Virus record (IMG/VR): IMGVR_UViG_3300032053_000002
Location: 1 to 64,000 of that record
Length of the DNA stretch: 64,000 nucleotides
Direction: 5' to 3' (one strand)
Within the stretch, counting starts at the first letter, position 1; each line of letters starts with the position of its first letter. A model generated the notes under the pieces. That model had not been told where the DNA came from. It did not search any database and was given only the letters and a program-made list of their open reading frames with translations. Positions 11,101 to 20,900 of the stretch are shown here, one piece after another. Both the position numbers and the translations under genes were made by a program.

Positions 11101-11263
11101 CTCCCGCAATAATTGCGATAGCATTTTGCGTATCTTTTTTTATCACATCGTATAATCGCGCAAATACTTCCCGATACTCTCGATGTCGCCGTAAATTTCG
11201 GATATGAATATCCGCCATGTGAAATACGGTTTCTACTTTATCTAGCCCAACATCTAATCTCAT
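8111..11263 (-). CDS. Fused Mre11/SbcD nuclease - Rad50/SbcC ATPase (gp47-gp46-like)
   Basis: DIH, GD, GNHD, GDIH phosphoesterase motifs; Walker A GPNTYGKS; coiled coil with CDSC zinc hook; signature VSGME; Walker B/D-loop VVDEGFGSLD; ISH. Confidence 0.92.
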   Translation of the reverse strand: MRLDVGLDKVETVFHMADIHIRNLRRHREYREVFARLYDVIKKDTQNAIAIIAGDIAHAKLEMSPEQVDLTFEFLKQMSGILPTIVIAGNHDCNLANPTRLDVISPVIKNIHNKNLFYLKNSDVYEIADIKLSVMSIFDSPSKYITANKILGNNKIAVYHGIVNQAISDTGFRLHSEKIKMEIFDEFDMVILGDIHKHQYLNKEKTVGYCGSLMQQSFGEDLKHGILKWNIPNRESEFIEIKNDYGYVTLIVDSNSMPDISDLPSKARIRLMIRNTSVTQVAEIISKIRQKYPCIEEIIEMRVGDLIQSTSNQSKRIDIGDIRDINYQNQLIKEYLEKKYNIKEDLLNRIFELNEQMNLKLPERDIQRNIVWKPQSFEFSNMFSYGDHNKIDFTKLRGIVGLFGPNTYGKSNVIESLCFSIFDKSPRAWKAINVLNNKKSYFSSKLNFLIDDKEFVLKRLGKKNKNGDVNVDVNFYMKDDGDKISLNSDRRSSTNIVIRNYLGDFDDFSLTALMPQTDKNNFISMRQVDRKILLMRFLDLFVCQDLYNIANDEMKKISMVLQDFEKRDFGKDLAEISVLLARLEKEYENKNRIKNECDVLYKQINEEIKNLTKNLIKIDISITDIKRLESDLEQYIQLLPKKEMQLNDIKLSLQSLSVEKSGLINKINMIDSNIVDKYVMYQEMERSNDETQHTYDKYKIKLDAALKQLGDFGKLVFNPSCDSCTENENFIKSKVKTKEDIDRDKLVVRGFEEKLKNFETKLASEKETKEKYAEYNRLKEELLDMESKINLVQSNIIQSEKDFQLLNKKIEETKNNISLYHTNKQIIQKNFIVQTKIDDWESKLRMVETRINEVGQEVMSLNAQIEVNKEKQRKMDEEIDYVRELEKNYDAYKYYMESVERDGVPFQLISSVIPQIENEVNNILSQVVDFRIILSVDNEEKDIFAKISYGGTDIWPIELVSGMERFISSVALRVALLSITSLPRPNFLVVDEGFGSLDSDNANNLYRMLDYLKNQFDFVIVISHLYYVKDLVDISLEIQKENGFSKIIMD

Positions 11264-11264
11264 A

Positions 11265-12224
11265 CTACCCCAATCCCAACTTAAATTTCATCAAACTTTG
11301 AAAATCTATTTTAACAGAATTATTTTTTATTACTTCATTTATTTTTTCGAATCCGACTATCGATGGATCTTTTTCTCCTAACTTAACAATATAAACATAC
11401 AACCCCTCCGATAATAATTTCTCGGTTATTTTAATCGAATTTTTTATCGCGTCTTTATCCAACGCGATATAAACCGCCGGCGGGTGTTCCATTACTATTT
11501 TTTCATATAACTTATCAGAAACGGTTTTTCCAAAAAGCGGAATGGCGTTCCTTTTTATGGCTATCGCGTCAAATACGCCTTCGCATAATATAATCTCACT
11601 TTGCCAGTTTATGAATAGATCAAACCCAATTACATTTCTCGACGCTGATGGATTTATATATTTTAGTTTAGTGTCTTCAAAAAATGCACGAGCGGTAAAA
11701 TAATTTAATTTTCCACTATCATCAAACGATGGAACTATTATTCTATTTTTATATTTTCCTTCGGCACAAAATCCTATTTGATATTTTAATATATCGTGAA
11801 GAGTTACTCCCCGATTTTTCAAATATAATAATGCGTGTTTTCTTTCGATTATATTGTTTTTCGCCCAAAGCGGAATATATTCTTTTGGCAAGTTGACAAC
11901 AATTGACGTTAATACGTCTTTGGAATCTGAATGGCGTCCAAAACTTTTTTCTCCGAGAATCTCTTTTAATAAACTTATCTGCTCGGGCGACGCATCAAAT
12001 CTTTTGAACAGTGCGTAGAGACTTTTCCCCTTTGTTCCGTGTATATCCTGGCAGATCCAACAGTGCCACGATTGAAAAGTTTTATAGTTCGGATCTAGTT
12101 TTATTATCAGTTTTGGCTTATAGTGATTACATGCCGGGCAGTGAAAAAGGTATTCTCCGCGACCCTGTTTTCTACCATTTCCTAATAAAGATTCTAAAAG
12201 CGATAGTAACCTTGTTTCATCCAT
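11265..12224 (-). CDS. DNA primase (Zn-binding + TOPRIM)
   Basis: CPAC...HCWIC; RIIVP; KYIN; CEGVFDA; DKDA. Confidence 0.9.
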   Translation of the reverse strand: MDETRLLSLLESLLGNGRKQGRGEYLFHCPACNHYKPKLIIKLDPNYKTFQSWHCWICQDIHGTKGKSLYALFKRFDASPEQISLLKEILGEKSFGRHSDSKDVLTSIVVNLPKEYIPLWAKNNIIERKHALLYLKNRGVTLHDILKYQIGFCAEGKYKNRIIVPSFDDSGKLNYFTARAFFEDTKLKYINPSASRNVIGFDLFINWQSEIILCEGVFDAIAIKRNAIPLFGKTVSDKLYEKIVMEHPPAVYIALDKDAIKNSIKITEKLLSEGLYVYIVKLGEKDPSIVGFEKINEVIKNNSVKIDFQSLMKFKLGLG

Positions 12225-12227
12225 ACA

Positions 12228-12410
12228 TTATATTAGTTTGTCTTCTTCTTTAACTAACCTATTGATAATAAGTTCCATCAATTTCTCGAATTCTATTATC
12301 GCATAATTCTTTGAACGATTTCGATGAAAGACCACTAAAGGTATCCGATTTGGTTCGGAATTTTCTTCGGCTTGCTGAATAGCTTGCCATGTATTAAAAG
12401 ACTTATTTTT
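12228..12410 (-). pseudogene. Orphaned duplicate C-terminal half of the resolvase gene
   Basis: FNTWQAIQQAEENSEPNRIPLVVFHRNRSKNYAIIEFEKLMELI aligns with FNRNSAIKQSELNSSEGRISLVVFKKNYSKTYAIISLEDLINLM of 13322-13657. Confidence 0.8.
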
Positions 12411-12432
12411 AATATAAACAACATCAAAAATA

Positions 12433-13263
12433 TTATTTATTTTTAATTCTTCGTTTATTGGATTCTCCAATTGCATTACTCCCTGCTTTTGACATATCAT
12501 GTTTTTTTCCTTTTAATGCTAAACTTAATTTAATTTTTGTTTCTTCTTTGCATGGACTTCTTTTTCTTCCAATAGCTAGTTTTCTAATTTTATCCTTTGT
12601 TTCTTCGGTTTGTTTTCTTCCCTTGTTTAGTCCTGGGTGTTTCTTTCCATAATTACCGTTATTTCTGCCCACCTGCCTGTTTGGGTTTTTTCTATAATAT
12701 TCTAATTGAGAATTTCTTATTTTGTTTTTGGTTTCTGCTGACCGTTTTTGGCCTAACATAGACTTTCTTTTCTTTTCTAATATCTCTAGTGTCTTGACTT
12801 CGCCGTATTTTTCGATATATGAAAGTCCTTTTTGCCACCTACTTTGTTTTTCTTTTGATTCGTTTTTATGTTTTTTTCCAAACATAGGATTTTTTTCACC
12901 GGTTCTATTTTCAGATTGTTTTTCTTTTATTTGTTTTGCTTTACTTTCACCAAAACATTCTTCATAAGTTTTACCTTCCATACCATTACCACCATGCCCA
13001 CCATTAGCAATGTTGTAATTGCCAAATGTAATCGAACTATTAAATTTTTTTATATAATATTTTTCTTTTTTATCTAATTCCATTCTGTCTTTACATTCGC
13101 ATAATAATTCAACTTTAAAATTATTTGTTCCATATTTTTTAATAGATTTATTTAATATTTTTCCAGACCCATAATAGTTTTTATCAAACTTCCCTCTCTT
13201 TTGTCCGATATAAATTTTATTATTAATTAAATTTATAGTTTTATAAATATATCCAATATACAT
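12433..13263 (-). CDS. GIY-YIG homing endonuclease with NUMOD3 repeats (Seg-like)
   Basis: GYIYKTINLINNKIYIGQ...YYGSG...E..YI...YNI; repeated NPMFGKKH, SAETKNKI, TEETKDKI. Confidence 0.9.
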   Translation of the reverse strand: MYIGYIYKTINLINNKIYIGQKRGKFDKNYYGSGKILNKSIKKYGTNNFKVELLCECKDRMELDKKEKYYIKKFNSSITFGNYNIANGGHGGNGMEGKTYEECFGESKAKQIKEKQSENRTGEKNPMFGKKHKNESKEKQSRWQKGLSYIEKYGEVKTLEILEKKRKSMLGQKRSAETKNKIRNSQLEYYRKNPNRQVGRNNGNYGKKHPGLNKGRKQTEETKDKIRKLAIGRKRSPCKEETKIKLSLALKGKKHDMSKAGSNAIGESNKRRIKNK

Positions 13264-13321
13264 AAAAATCTCTTCAAATGTTGAATTATTCTTAATATTT
13301 ATAAATATAAAAAAGAAAAAA

Positions 13322-13657
13322 TTATTTCATTAAATTTATTAAATCTTCTAAAGAAATAATAGCATAAGTTTTACTATAATTTTTTTTAAACACGACTAAT
13401 GATATTCGTCCTTCAGAAGAATTTAGTTCAGATTGTTTTATTGCAGAATTTCTATTAAATTTTTCAACATTTTTACACTCTATCGCGAAAGGGATGACTT
13501 TCTTCGCTGCAGGTGAAAGTTTAATATCTACCCCCGATTCAGACATCATGGCCGGTTTTATATCTCCGGGTTCTAATTGAGAATATATTTTATAAAGGTA
13601 TTCCGTAACTTCATTTTGCAAACGGACGCCTTTATTTTTGGCGGATCGAGGTTTCAC
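13322..13657 (-). CDS. Putative Holliday-junction resolvase (PD-(D/E)XK)
   Basis: SAKNKG.RLQ, GVDI, FAIECKN, LVVFK motifs. Confidence 0.75.
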   Translation of the reverse strand: MKPRSAKNKGVRLQNEVTEYLYKIYSQLEPGDIKPAMMSESGVDIKLSPAAKKVIPFAIECKNVEKFNRNSAIKQSELNSSEGRISLVVFKKNYSKTYAIISLEDLINLMK

Positions 13658-13660
13658 AAT

Positions 13661-13879
13661 TTAAGACCAGAATAAAAAACATATCAGATAATAAAGAAAA
13701 TTGGCCGGTGGAATAAAAAGATTTCCGACTATGAGAACGGAAAAATATACTAAAAACGTTTTTATCGGAGACCATTCCCAGCCCTTTCTACCAAAAACTA
13801 ATCGATTCCCGATAAATACAACAACGGCCATGATAAATGACATTATAAATAAAACTTTAAGCATAAATAAAACAACCAT
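13661..13879 (-). CDS. Small membrane protein
   Basis: Two hydrophobic segments, GGAGG RBS. Confidence 0.6.
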   Translation of the reverse strand: MVVLFMLKVLFIMSFIMAVVVFIGNRLVFGRKGWEWSPIKTFLVYFSVLIVGNLFIPPANFLYYLICFLFWS

Positions 13880-13903
13880 TGATATTCTCCTCCATTTTAT
13901 ATA

Positions 13904-13931
13904 TTATACTCTTTTATATGAGAAAAGTTCC
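13904..13931 (-). promoter_or_regulatory. ECF-sigma-type promoter GGAACTT-N15-GTATAA
   Basis: Identical boxes and spacing at 34016-34043 and 60256-60283. Confidence 0.75.
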
Positions 13932-13932
13932 A

Positions 13933-14841
13933 TTATAAATCTAATCTGACAACAATGGTAAGTGGTAAATCGGGGTCGTTTCGAACCGGCTGGGCAAGTT
14001 TGCCAATCGCTAATAGATTCAGATAGCTATCATATAAACCAACCGTAGTAACATATGGGGCGAAATTAGAACCAGTAACGAATCGGAGAGGTTCAGTAGT
14101 GTATAAGGAACGACTAACTCTTGCGCTCGGATTCATAGTCATATTAAATTCACCTTCTTTTACAATGCAAATTGCTTCTATTTCATGTATCTTTTCCGTT
14201 CCGCGAAATTTAACCGTATAAGTATTCGACCCAGTTCCAAAACTTAAATAATTATGGGGAGAAGAACCTGTATTCGTAATAACCATATTTCCGTGTTCAT
14301 AAAAAACATTACCTAACGTATATGTCGCCTTGTTCGCGGCGAAACTTGCCGAACTGTCCGCATCATATAGATTTCCGTATCCGTCGTCCACCAGAGTAAA
14401 TCCAACCGTTACGTCTTCCAGGTAAACCGATTTCGGTTTTATCGTATACCCAAAAAGATTTTGCGGAACCGAAATAACTTTACAACTATCGTGGAAATTT
14501 CTATACATCAATCCCTTTCCGCTTAATCCAAAGTTAAAATATGGTTCATAAAATTTATTGACTGACCACGAACCGGTTTCCGCCGGATTTGTATAAGAAC
14601 CCGTATATTCAGAAAGACTGGTTAAATTATAATACAGATGTTTTACACTGTCATAAAGAGTTCTGTTATAAATGTCGCCCGAAGCGGTTGGTTCTAACCA
14701 CCAATAGAATGCGGAATTCTCCACTTTCATCGCATACATTACTAGTGCGATACCATCGGCCTGAGTAAGTACCCATTCCTTGTATGCGTAAATTTCCCTA
14801 TAACTAATATCGTCGCCAGATAATTCTTTGTATATCGCCAT
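13933..14841 (-). CDS. Virion structural protein, paralog of 14977-16215
   Basis: Shared C-terminus YVTTVGLYD...LLAIGKL.QP...VRLD (tail-collar-fibre-like). Confidence 0.65.
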   Translation of the reverse strand: MAIYKELSGDDISYREIYAYKEWVLTQADGIALVMYAMKVENSAFYWWLEPTASGDIYNRTLYDSVKHLYYNLTSLSEYTGSYTNPAETGSWSVNKFYEPYFNFGLSGKGLMYRNFHDSCKVISVPQNLFGYTIKPKSVYLEDVTVGFTLVDDGYGNLYDADSSASFAANKATYTLGNVFYEHGNMVITNTGSSPHNYLSFGTGSNTYTVKFRGTEKIHEIEAICIVKEGEFNMTMNPSARVSRSLYTTEPLRFVTGSNFAPYVTTVGLYDSYLNLLAIGKLAQPVRNDPDLPLTIVVRLDL

Positions 14842-14900
14842 CTATAATATGTCCTTTTAGTATAAATATGTTAAAGAGAAATTATTTATCGAGCAAAATA

Positions 14901-14931
14901 AAAATGGTCGCGATTAAGCGACCATTTTTTT
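14901..14931 (-). terminator. Intrinsic terminator (possibly bidirectional)
   Basis: aaaatggtcgc-gattaa-gcgaccatttt. Confidence 0.8.
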
Positions 14932-14976
14932 AATATTTCTTTTTAACTCTTACGTAACTTATTATTTTTATTGATG

Positions 14977-16215
14977 TTACCAATCCAATCTTACTTTTAT
15001 CAGTGCCTCGCGATCAAAAGCTTTTAATATTGGTTGACTTATCTTCGCAACTGCTAATAGTTGGTTCGAATCATCATATAATCCAACCGTCGTAATATAA
15101 ACTTTCGGATCCCCGATAAAAGTTGATATTTTTATTGAACCGTCAGAAGATGTATAAAACGTCGGGTTGTTACTAAAATTATATTCTCTATTTTTTACTC
15201 TAACAAAATATGTCGTAGAAGAAACGACTTCTTCGTTCCTTGCGGCGAAATACGAACCTGATTGAAGCATTCCAACAAGTTGCCGATGATTATTTTGCGC
15301 AGATCCAGAATCCGACGTAACAAAAGATAATCCGGCCAAATGCCCCGCCAAAGTTAATGGACTAAGAATTATAATTCCTCTATCAGGATAGAACAACCCA
15401 AATCCGCCCGGTGTTTCACTGGCCGCCGGTGTGAGCACTCCATTTGCAATACTACCGGTAACTACGTTATATCTTCTACCAGATACACCAGATAATTTAT
15501 CAAAATTGTCGCCACTATCATCTATCAACTTTACAGTATTCGCACCATATTTTAACCACAATTCCCAGTTACCAGGATCCATTTTTTGTTTCAATCTTGC
15601 TCTATTGATGTTTATCGCTAAAATCTGATCACTGGAATAACTTCCCGCAAATGTAAATTTTGTATCTTCCGGATCCAATAAAATATTTCTATATTGCGCA
15701 TAAATTGCTTTAGTAGGCTCTTTGGAAGTATTTTTGGTTGTTACGTTTGGATAACCGCCACCGTTGATTTCGCCGTATGCAACTGAAAATTGAACTTCCG
15801 CACTATCGTCAGTATTCGGATCTAAATTATAAACATCATAATACCAGTCGCCCGTGCTGCCAGATTGAGATGTTCCTATATAAAAATTGGCTAAACTTCC
15901 AGTGTCTCCACTCCACATTCCGGTTGTAACTCTTCGCGTCATATTATCTACCACATCATCAGTAGTAAAATGTGTATAGGTTTTCATTACTGTTGCCGTT
16001 GGTGTACCACCCGCTGCCCCCGCAACTCGGGTTTGAGATGGGTATCTTTGTAATATCAAATTTCTCGTAGCGGTATCCAACGCTGCCCACTCCGCCGCAG
16101 TTAGCACAGCCCCGGACATTAGTTGATTACCTCTAGCGGTGCCAACTACAGATCCCAAACCGGCTTTCATGAAATAATCATCTAATAAAGTTAAAAAATC
16201 AGTCGTCATTGCCAT
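14977..16215 (-). CDS. Virion structural protein (tail/baseplate-associated)
   Basis: YITTVGLYDD.NQLLAVAK...VRLDW C-terminus; lies in late operon. Confidence 0.65.
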   Translation of the reverse strand: MAMTTDFLTLLDDYFMKAGLGSVVGTARGNQLMSGAVLTAAEWAALDTATRNLILQRYPSQTRVAGAAGGTPTATVMKTYTHFTTDDVVDNMTRRVTTGMWSGDTGSLANFYIGTSQSGSTGDWYYDVYNLDPNTDDSAEVQFSVAYGEINGGGYPNVTTKNTSKEPTKAIYAQYRNILLDPEDTKFTFAGSYSSDQILAININRARLKQKMDPGNWELWLKYGANTVKLIDDSGDNFDKLSGVSGRRYNVVTGSIANGVLTPAASETPGGFGLFYPDRGIIILSPLTLAGHLAGLSFVTSDSGSAQNNHRQLVGMLQSGSYFAARNEEVVSSTTYFVRVKNREYNFSNNPTFYTSSDGSIKISTFIGDPKVYITTVGLYDDSNQLLAVAKISQPILKAFDREALIKVRLDW

Positions 16216-16232
16216 TTTTTAATCTCCTAAAG

Positions 16233-17151
16233 TTATGTTGCGGTTGAACCACCCGCGAAAATTCTATCCGTATATATCGTCACCGGAACTGTTCTAGTTA
16301 CTCCCGTATCGTTTCCGATAATGGTTATAGAAGTTTGCACATAAGTTGTCGTATAAGGAGAAACATCTTTACTAATCAGTGTAAAAGATTTTCCAACTTT
16401 TACTATTGATTGATTAAGTTCGGTGTCACCCAAAAACGATGGAACTACGGCGACAACTGACTGGTTGGTTTGTTCTTTTACCTGCAAGTCCGCATAGTTT
16501 GAATTATGCAATATTGCGGTATACCCATATGCGTCGCCTTCGTAATATCTAGTTTTTGGCTGGATAACAACTTCGTCTCCCTGTTTTCCCAATTGAATTG
16601 ATGCGAATCCAATTGTAAGAAGAGGCATTTTTGTTGTCGTTTTTGGTAGTGTAATAAGTTTATATCTCATTGTTTGAGTTTCATCGGGACACGCCTCTAA
16701 AACGGGCATCCCTTCAATCGCCGAACCATAATAGTCCGTTCCCAATGGATGCGATTCGTCCCACAAAGTATAATCAACTTCATCATCAGCCAAAGCAAAT
16801 TTTGTTATGCCTAACTTGCCGCCTTTCGATAAAACCTCACGTCCCTTTTTTGTCAGTCATTTTGTTATCTTATTAGTTTTTTATCTAATAACTCTTACGA
16901 TTTCTGTTTTTCGTAAGTTCGGCATATATTTTCAACCACTTGGGTTGTTGGACACTCTTGGAAAGATTATTGTTGGATCTCACTTTCTATGCTCTACACT
17001 ACTTGTTCTACATTATCCCGAACAAGTTAGCACGGTGTTAGCATTTCAGCCTTTCACCGTTTTTGCCCAAATTATTACCCAGACATTGCTATCTGGGACG
17101 ACACTACTTTATCGCCTCCACAACCGTGGTGGTGCTGGTTAAATATCCCAT
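16233..17151 (-). CDS. Intron-split virion protein, exons 17151-17111 and 16857-16233 (221 aa spliced)
   Basis: Splicing gives in-frame MGYLTSTTTVVEAI|LTKKGREVLSKGGKLGITKFALADDEVDYTLWD...; GAGGAG RBS before ATG 17151. Confidence 0.88.
16858..17110 (-). ncRNA. Group I self-splicing intron (253 nt, no internal ORF)
   Basis: 5' splice site after U paired to G in P1 (GGCGAU/GUCGUC); P2 CCCAGAUAGCAAUGUCUGGG; P3 UUGGGCA/UGUCCAA; P4 ACGGUG/CACCGU; P7 G(A)GCAUA/UAUGCC; terminal omega-G; removal restores frame. Confidence 0.9.
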
Positions 17152-17899
17152 AAAGCATCTCCTCAACTTGTTTGGTCATCTTTTCAAAATTATTGTGTAC
17201 TTTCGAATGACAACTTCTACATAAATAAATTAAATTATTCTCGTTATTATTTCTCTTATCTTTATCTATATGATGTAAGCACAAATCATTATTGATGGCG
17301 CATAATAAACACCCATTTTTTTGCCTTTCCAACAGATGTTCTCTAAATTCTTTATTATAAAATTCATCTCCATATCTATCATTTTTATTCGGATTCCATA
17401 GATAATGGTTTTCTCCAGACCATTTTCTTATCCGTTCATCATTAAACCTAGATTTATTTTTATTCCAAATATCAGGATATATTCCTAACATTTTTTTAAT
17501 ATTTTTCGTTTCGTTTGATTTGGAAACTATTTTATTATAAATATCATCCACTTCGGTTTTATTTCGTGTATTCACATAATGATTCTTTGATAAAATACCA
17601 TTTTGAGATTGTTGTTTTTTAGTTTCTCTCATTTTATCCATTATATTATTAAAATATTTCGGATTTTCTTTTATCCAACGTTTTCTTCCTGCGGATATGT
17701 TTTTTATATGAGAATCTGATTTTTTAACTCCCTTTGTTACCGTTGATACAGATTTACTAATTTTACTAACTATCTTTTTATATTCTTCAGACTCTTTATT
17801 ATATTTTAATTGCCAACTACCACCACCACTATGACCATATAAATATCTATTGGTTTCTTTAACAACTTCTTTCCCGCAACCACATTCACAAAGTCTCAT
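17075..17899 (-). CDS. HNH homing endonuclease
   Basis: N-terminal CECGCG; C-terminal CLLC...HHID.DKRNN...NLIYLCRSCHSKVH. Confidence 0.88.
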   Translation of the reverse strand: MRLCECGCGKEVVKETNRYLYGHSGGGSWQLKYNKESEEYKKIVSKISKSVSTVTKGVKKSDSHIKNISAGRKRWIKENPKYFNNIMDKMRETKKQQSQNGILSKNHYVNTRNKTEVDDIYNKIVSKSNETKNIKKMLGIYPDIWNKNKSRFNDERIRKWSGENHYLWNPNKNDRYGDEFYNKEFREHLLERQKNGCLLCAINNDLCLHHIDKDKRNNNENNLIYLCRSCHSKVHNNFEKMTKQVEEMLYGIFNQHHHGCGGDKVVSSQIAMSG

Positions 17900-17949
17900 G
17901 ATATTCTTCCTTTTATCTTATCTATAAATATAAATATAATAAATTTATT

Positions 17950-20900
17950 TTATTCTACTAAAATTTTACTAGGCCCCATATCCGTTGTCATCAATCTATT
18001 CGGATTAGTATAAAATACTTCTACAGGTTCTTTTCCATCAATTGATGTTTCGGTAGTATTTAATGTCCCTGCGTAGTATAATCTATTTCTAAGACTTCTA
18101 GCTTCAGACGTCCACGAACCGGATGGAAACATATCCTGAATTGGATGAATCATTTCTATATACCCATCATAAATGATCGAATCTTCAAATGCAAAATTTA
18201 TTGCGGAATTGTACTCTTCAAATGCTCCTTCATATGTTGGATCGATTTGAAGTATTTCGGATTCATACTTTGGAAGAGTTGAACTCATAGTACAGTAATT
18301 ATTAACATAGATATTAGTTTCTTTATCTATTCTCTCATGCACTAAATCTCGCCATTTTATCTTATGGCGTTCCAATATGGTTGGTTCTATCAGAACTCCT
18401 ATTACAGGTTTCGCCCGAGCAGGAATCAATGATCGCAGTTGATTAAAGAACGATGCGTCATAGTGTTTAAGAACGCGAATAAATTTATTAAAATCTGGGC
18501 GACTTTTATATTTTCTCCAGTACGCCAGTGACAACTCATCCAAATCATCGTATGAATCATTAAATCTGTCGCGAGGGTCGCCAATATATCCGCTTAAATC
18601 AAGTCCCGCATAAGTAGCTATTATGTCTCTGTTGATAGATTCTATGGGCGAAAAATAAATACCTAATTTCGGAGAATCCAATGGCGCTCTATCAAAAGAA
18701 GATTTTTCCACTCTTTTCGCCACACTTAAATGCCCATATTCTATTTCATTATCTTCTAACCTGATTTTAGTATTTATGTACCTGCCGCCCCCCATTTGTA
18801 TAGTAAGAGCTGCAAATTCTTCTGTTCTCGGAGAATAACTAATGTGGCTACCAAAATTGGTAGCGGTTCCGACGGTCGTCCACGATTGATTTGCTTTTAT
18901 GTCACTAACGGTCGTAGTTGTTGCGTGATTTACCGGATTGTCAAGTGAATATCGTAATACCAAATCATAATAGGTGCGAGTGGGCGTATTGGAATTATAT
19001 GATTTTGGCCATCGCACATGATTATCAAATGCCGATTCCGAAAGAGCGGATTGATACAGTTTAAATTCTTGAAGCGAACCGGTAAATTGCACTCCCCACG
19101 TATAACCAGCATCTCCACCGATATAAAGAGTTGATGTATTAGTCCACGATGTAAGAATATTAGCATTGGTTGTTAAATTCGCCGATGAATGCCATATAAT
19201 TCTGTCACTTTCCGCTTTCTTCACAAATAATTGAAGTTGGTTCGCCGCGGCGGATGCGCTATACCTAACCATAACAGAATTAAACTCATTATCATAATAT
19301 CGGTATTTATCAGTTTTTATTGAACTCACTGTCGCGCCATTAGTAATAATAAATTCCACAGCTCCATATCCAGACCCAGAGTCTAAAAGTCTAATTGCCC
19401 AATCATCCGCAGAAACTAATGATTGCGTCGGCTTTCCGCGTCCTAATCCGACACTACTTATCGAATCGTAAAGTGTTGGAGCAGACGCAAAGCGAAACTC
19501 TATCGTATCCGGTTTTTTACTTTGAGTGAGATCGCTCCAGGAAAATGAAATACTCTGACTTCCTTCAAGATTTAATGCGTACACAAAATCATCAAATATA
19601 TATGAAGATTTTTGGTCTATTTCAGAATAATCTCTAGGATCCGGGCCTCCATATTCACGAATTGTTAGCAAAGAAGTTGGAATTCCATAGCATGCTAATA
19701 ATGCACGGATAGAACGTTCCGTTCCTTTGGTTTTTAATAGATATGATAAGTTATTTAATATTCTTCGCCAGATTTCCTTTGATACATTTTCATGGGACAT
19801 ATATTGATATTTATCACCACTGGAACCGCTCACTGACCCGACATAATAACTTCCCGTTGCATCATATCCAAACGCATATCTCCATAACTCCGAATTATCT
19901 CTACCATTAAATAAATCAAACCCTAAAGATTTGGCGACATGATAAGTTAAATCTTTCGCCATCCCTTCAAAAATAGATTCATCCCGATTATGGATTTTGG
20001 TTAAATGTTTTGTATATGCCCAAAACATATCAAAGTATTGCCCCATCATATAAATGAATGCAAGATAATCCCCGTTATTTTCGTCGACGGTCAGATAATC
20101 AGGAATATTGCTAACAAAGTTGTAAATATTATCCTTATCATATTCTTGCGCAATTGTTAATTGGTCTTCATACCAGGAAGTCACGTTTGAAGAAGTTAGC
20201 CGATATAAAATAAATGGCTTTGTTTTATTTTGCTTCGGCCATTCATTTATCGCGTTAGTCAAATATTTTCCAGTTATCGTAGAACCGGAATATTGCGATC
20301 CGGATGAATAATATAAATGCCGTTCATAGGAATCAAGCCCATTAACTAAAACTCTTTTTTTGTTTTCATAATTTCCGATACTGGAAGACGCGATTGCTGA
20401 GCCCGACGAGCTCGTATTTCGCACTTTCAGTATTTCTTCATTATATGCATCTATTAGTTCCATCTTGTACTTGAAGTTGGCGAGTCTTTCTTCCGCCGAA
20501 CCAAAATGAACAAATTCAGAATAATCTCCATAATTTATATTTAACGAAATGTCGCCTACTTCCGGATTTGATGCGCTTATAAATTCGTCTAATAATGCCT
20601 GAGATGTTGACGGATATGTTGAAAGCAAAGTATCCCACGTCTCATATCCAGTTGAACGTCCCGTTATTCCTGCAACATTTATATCCCAGTTGGCCGGTTC
20701 AAGGATCAGATAATCTTCTTCTCTTTCGGCTTCGAGTAAAAATGCTTTTTCTATAATGGAATAAGTTATTTTTTTAGAAACCCATAATTGATCGTTTTCT
20801 TTAAAATCTTGCGGAAGAGGCTCGTATAATTTTAATACTATTGAATTGGGATATTCTGGGTATTTTACAGAATCCTGCGCCCAATTTACTATAAAATAAT

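Noticed and set aside
12410-13470. Group I intron around the GIY-YIG gene
   Set aside because: No P3/P4/P7 core is visible and the upstream gene is already complete.
16807-17142. Plus-strand 111-aa ORF
   Set aside because: Antisense to the group I intron and exons.
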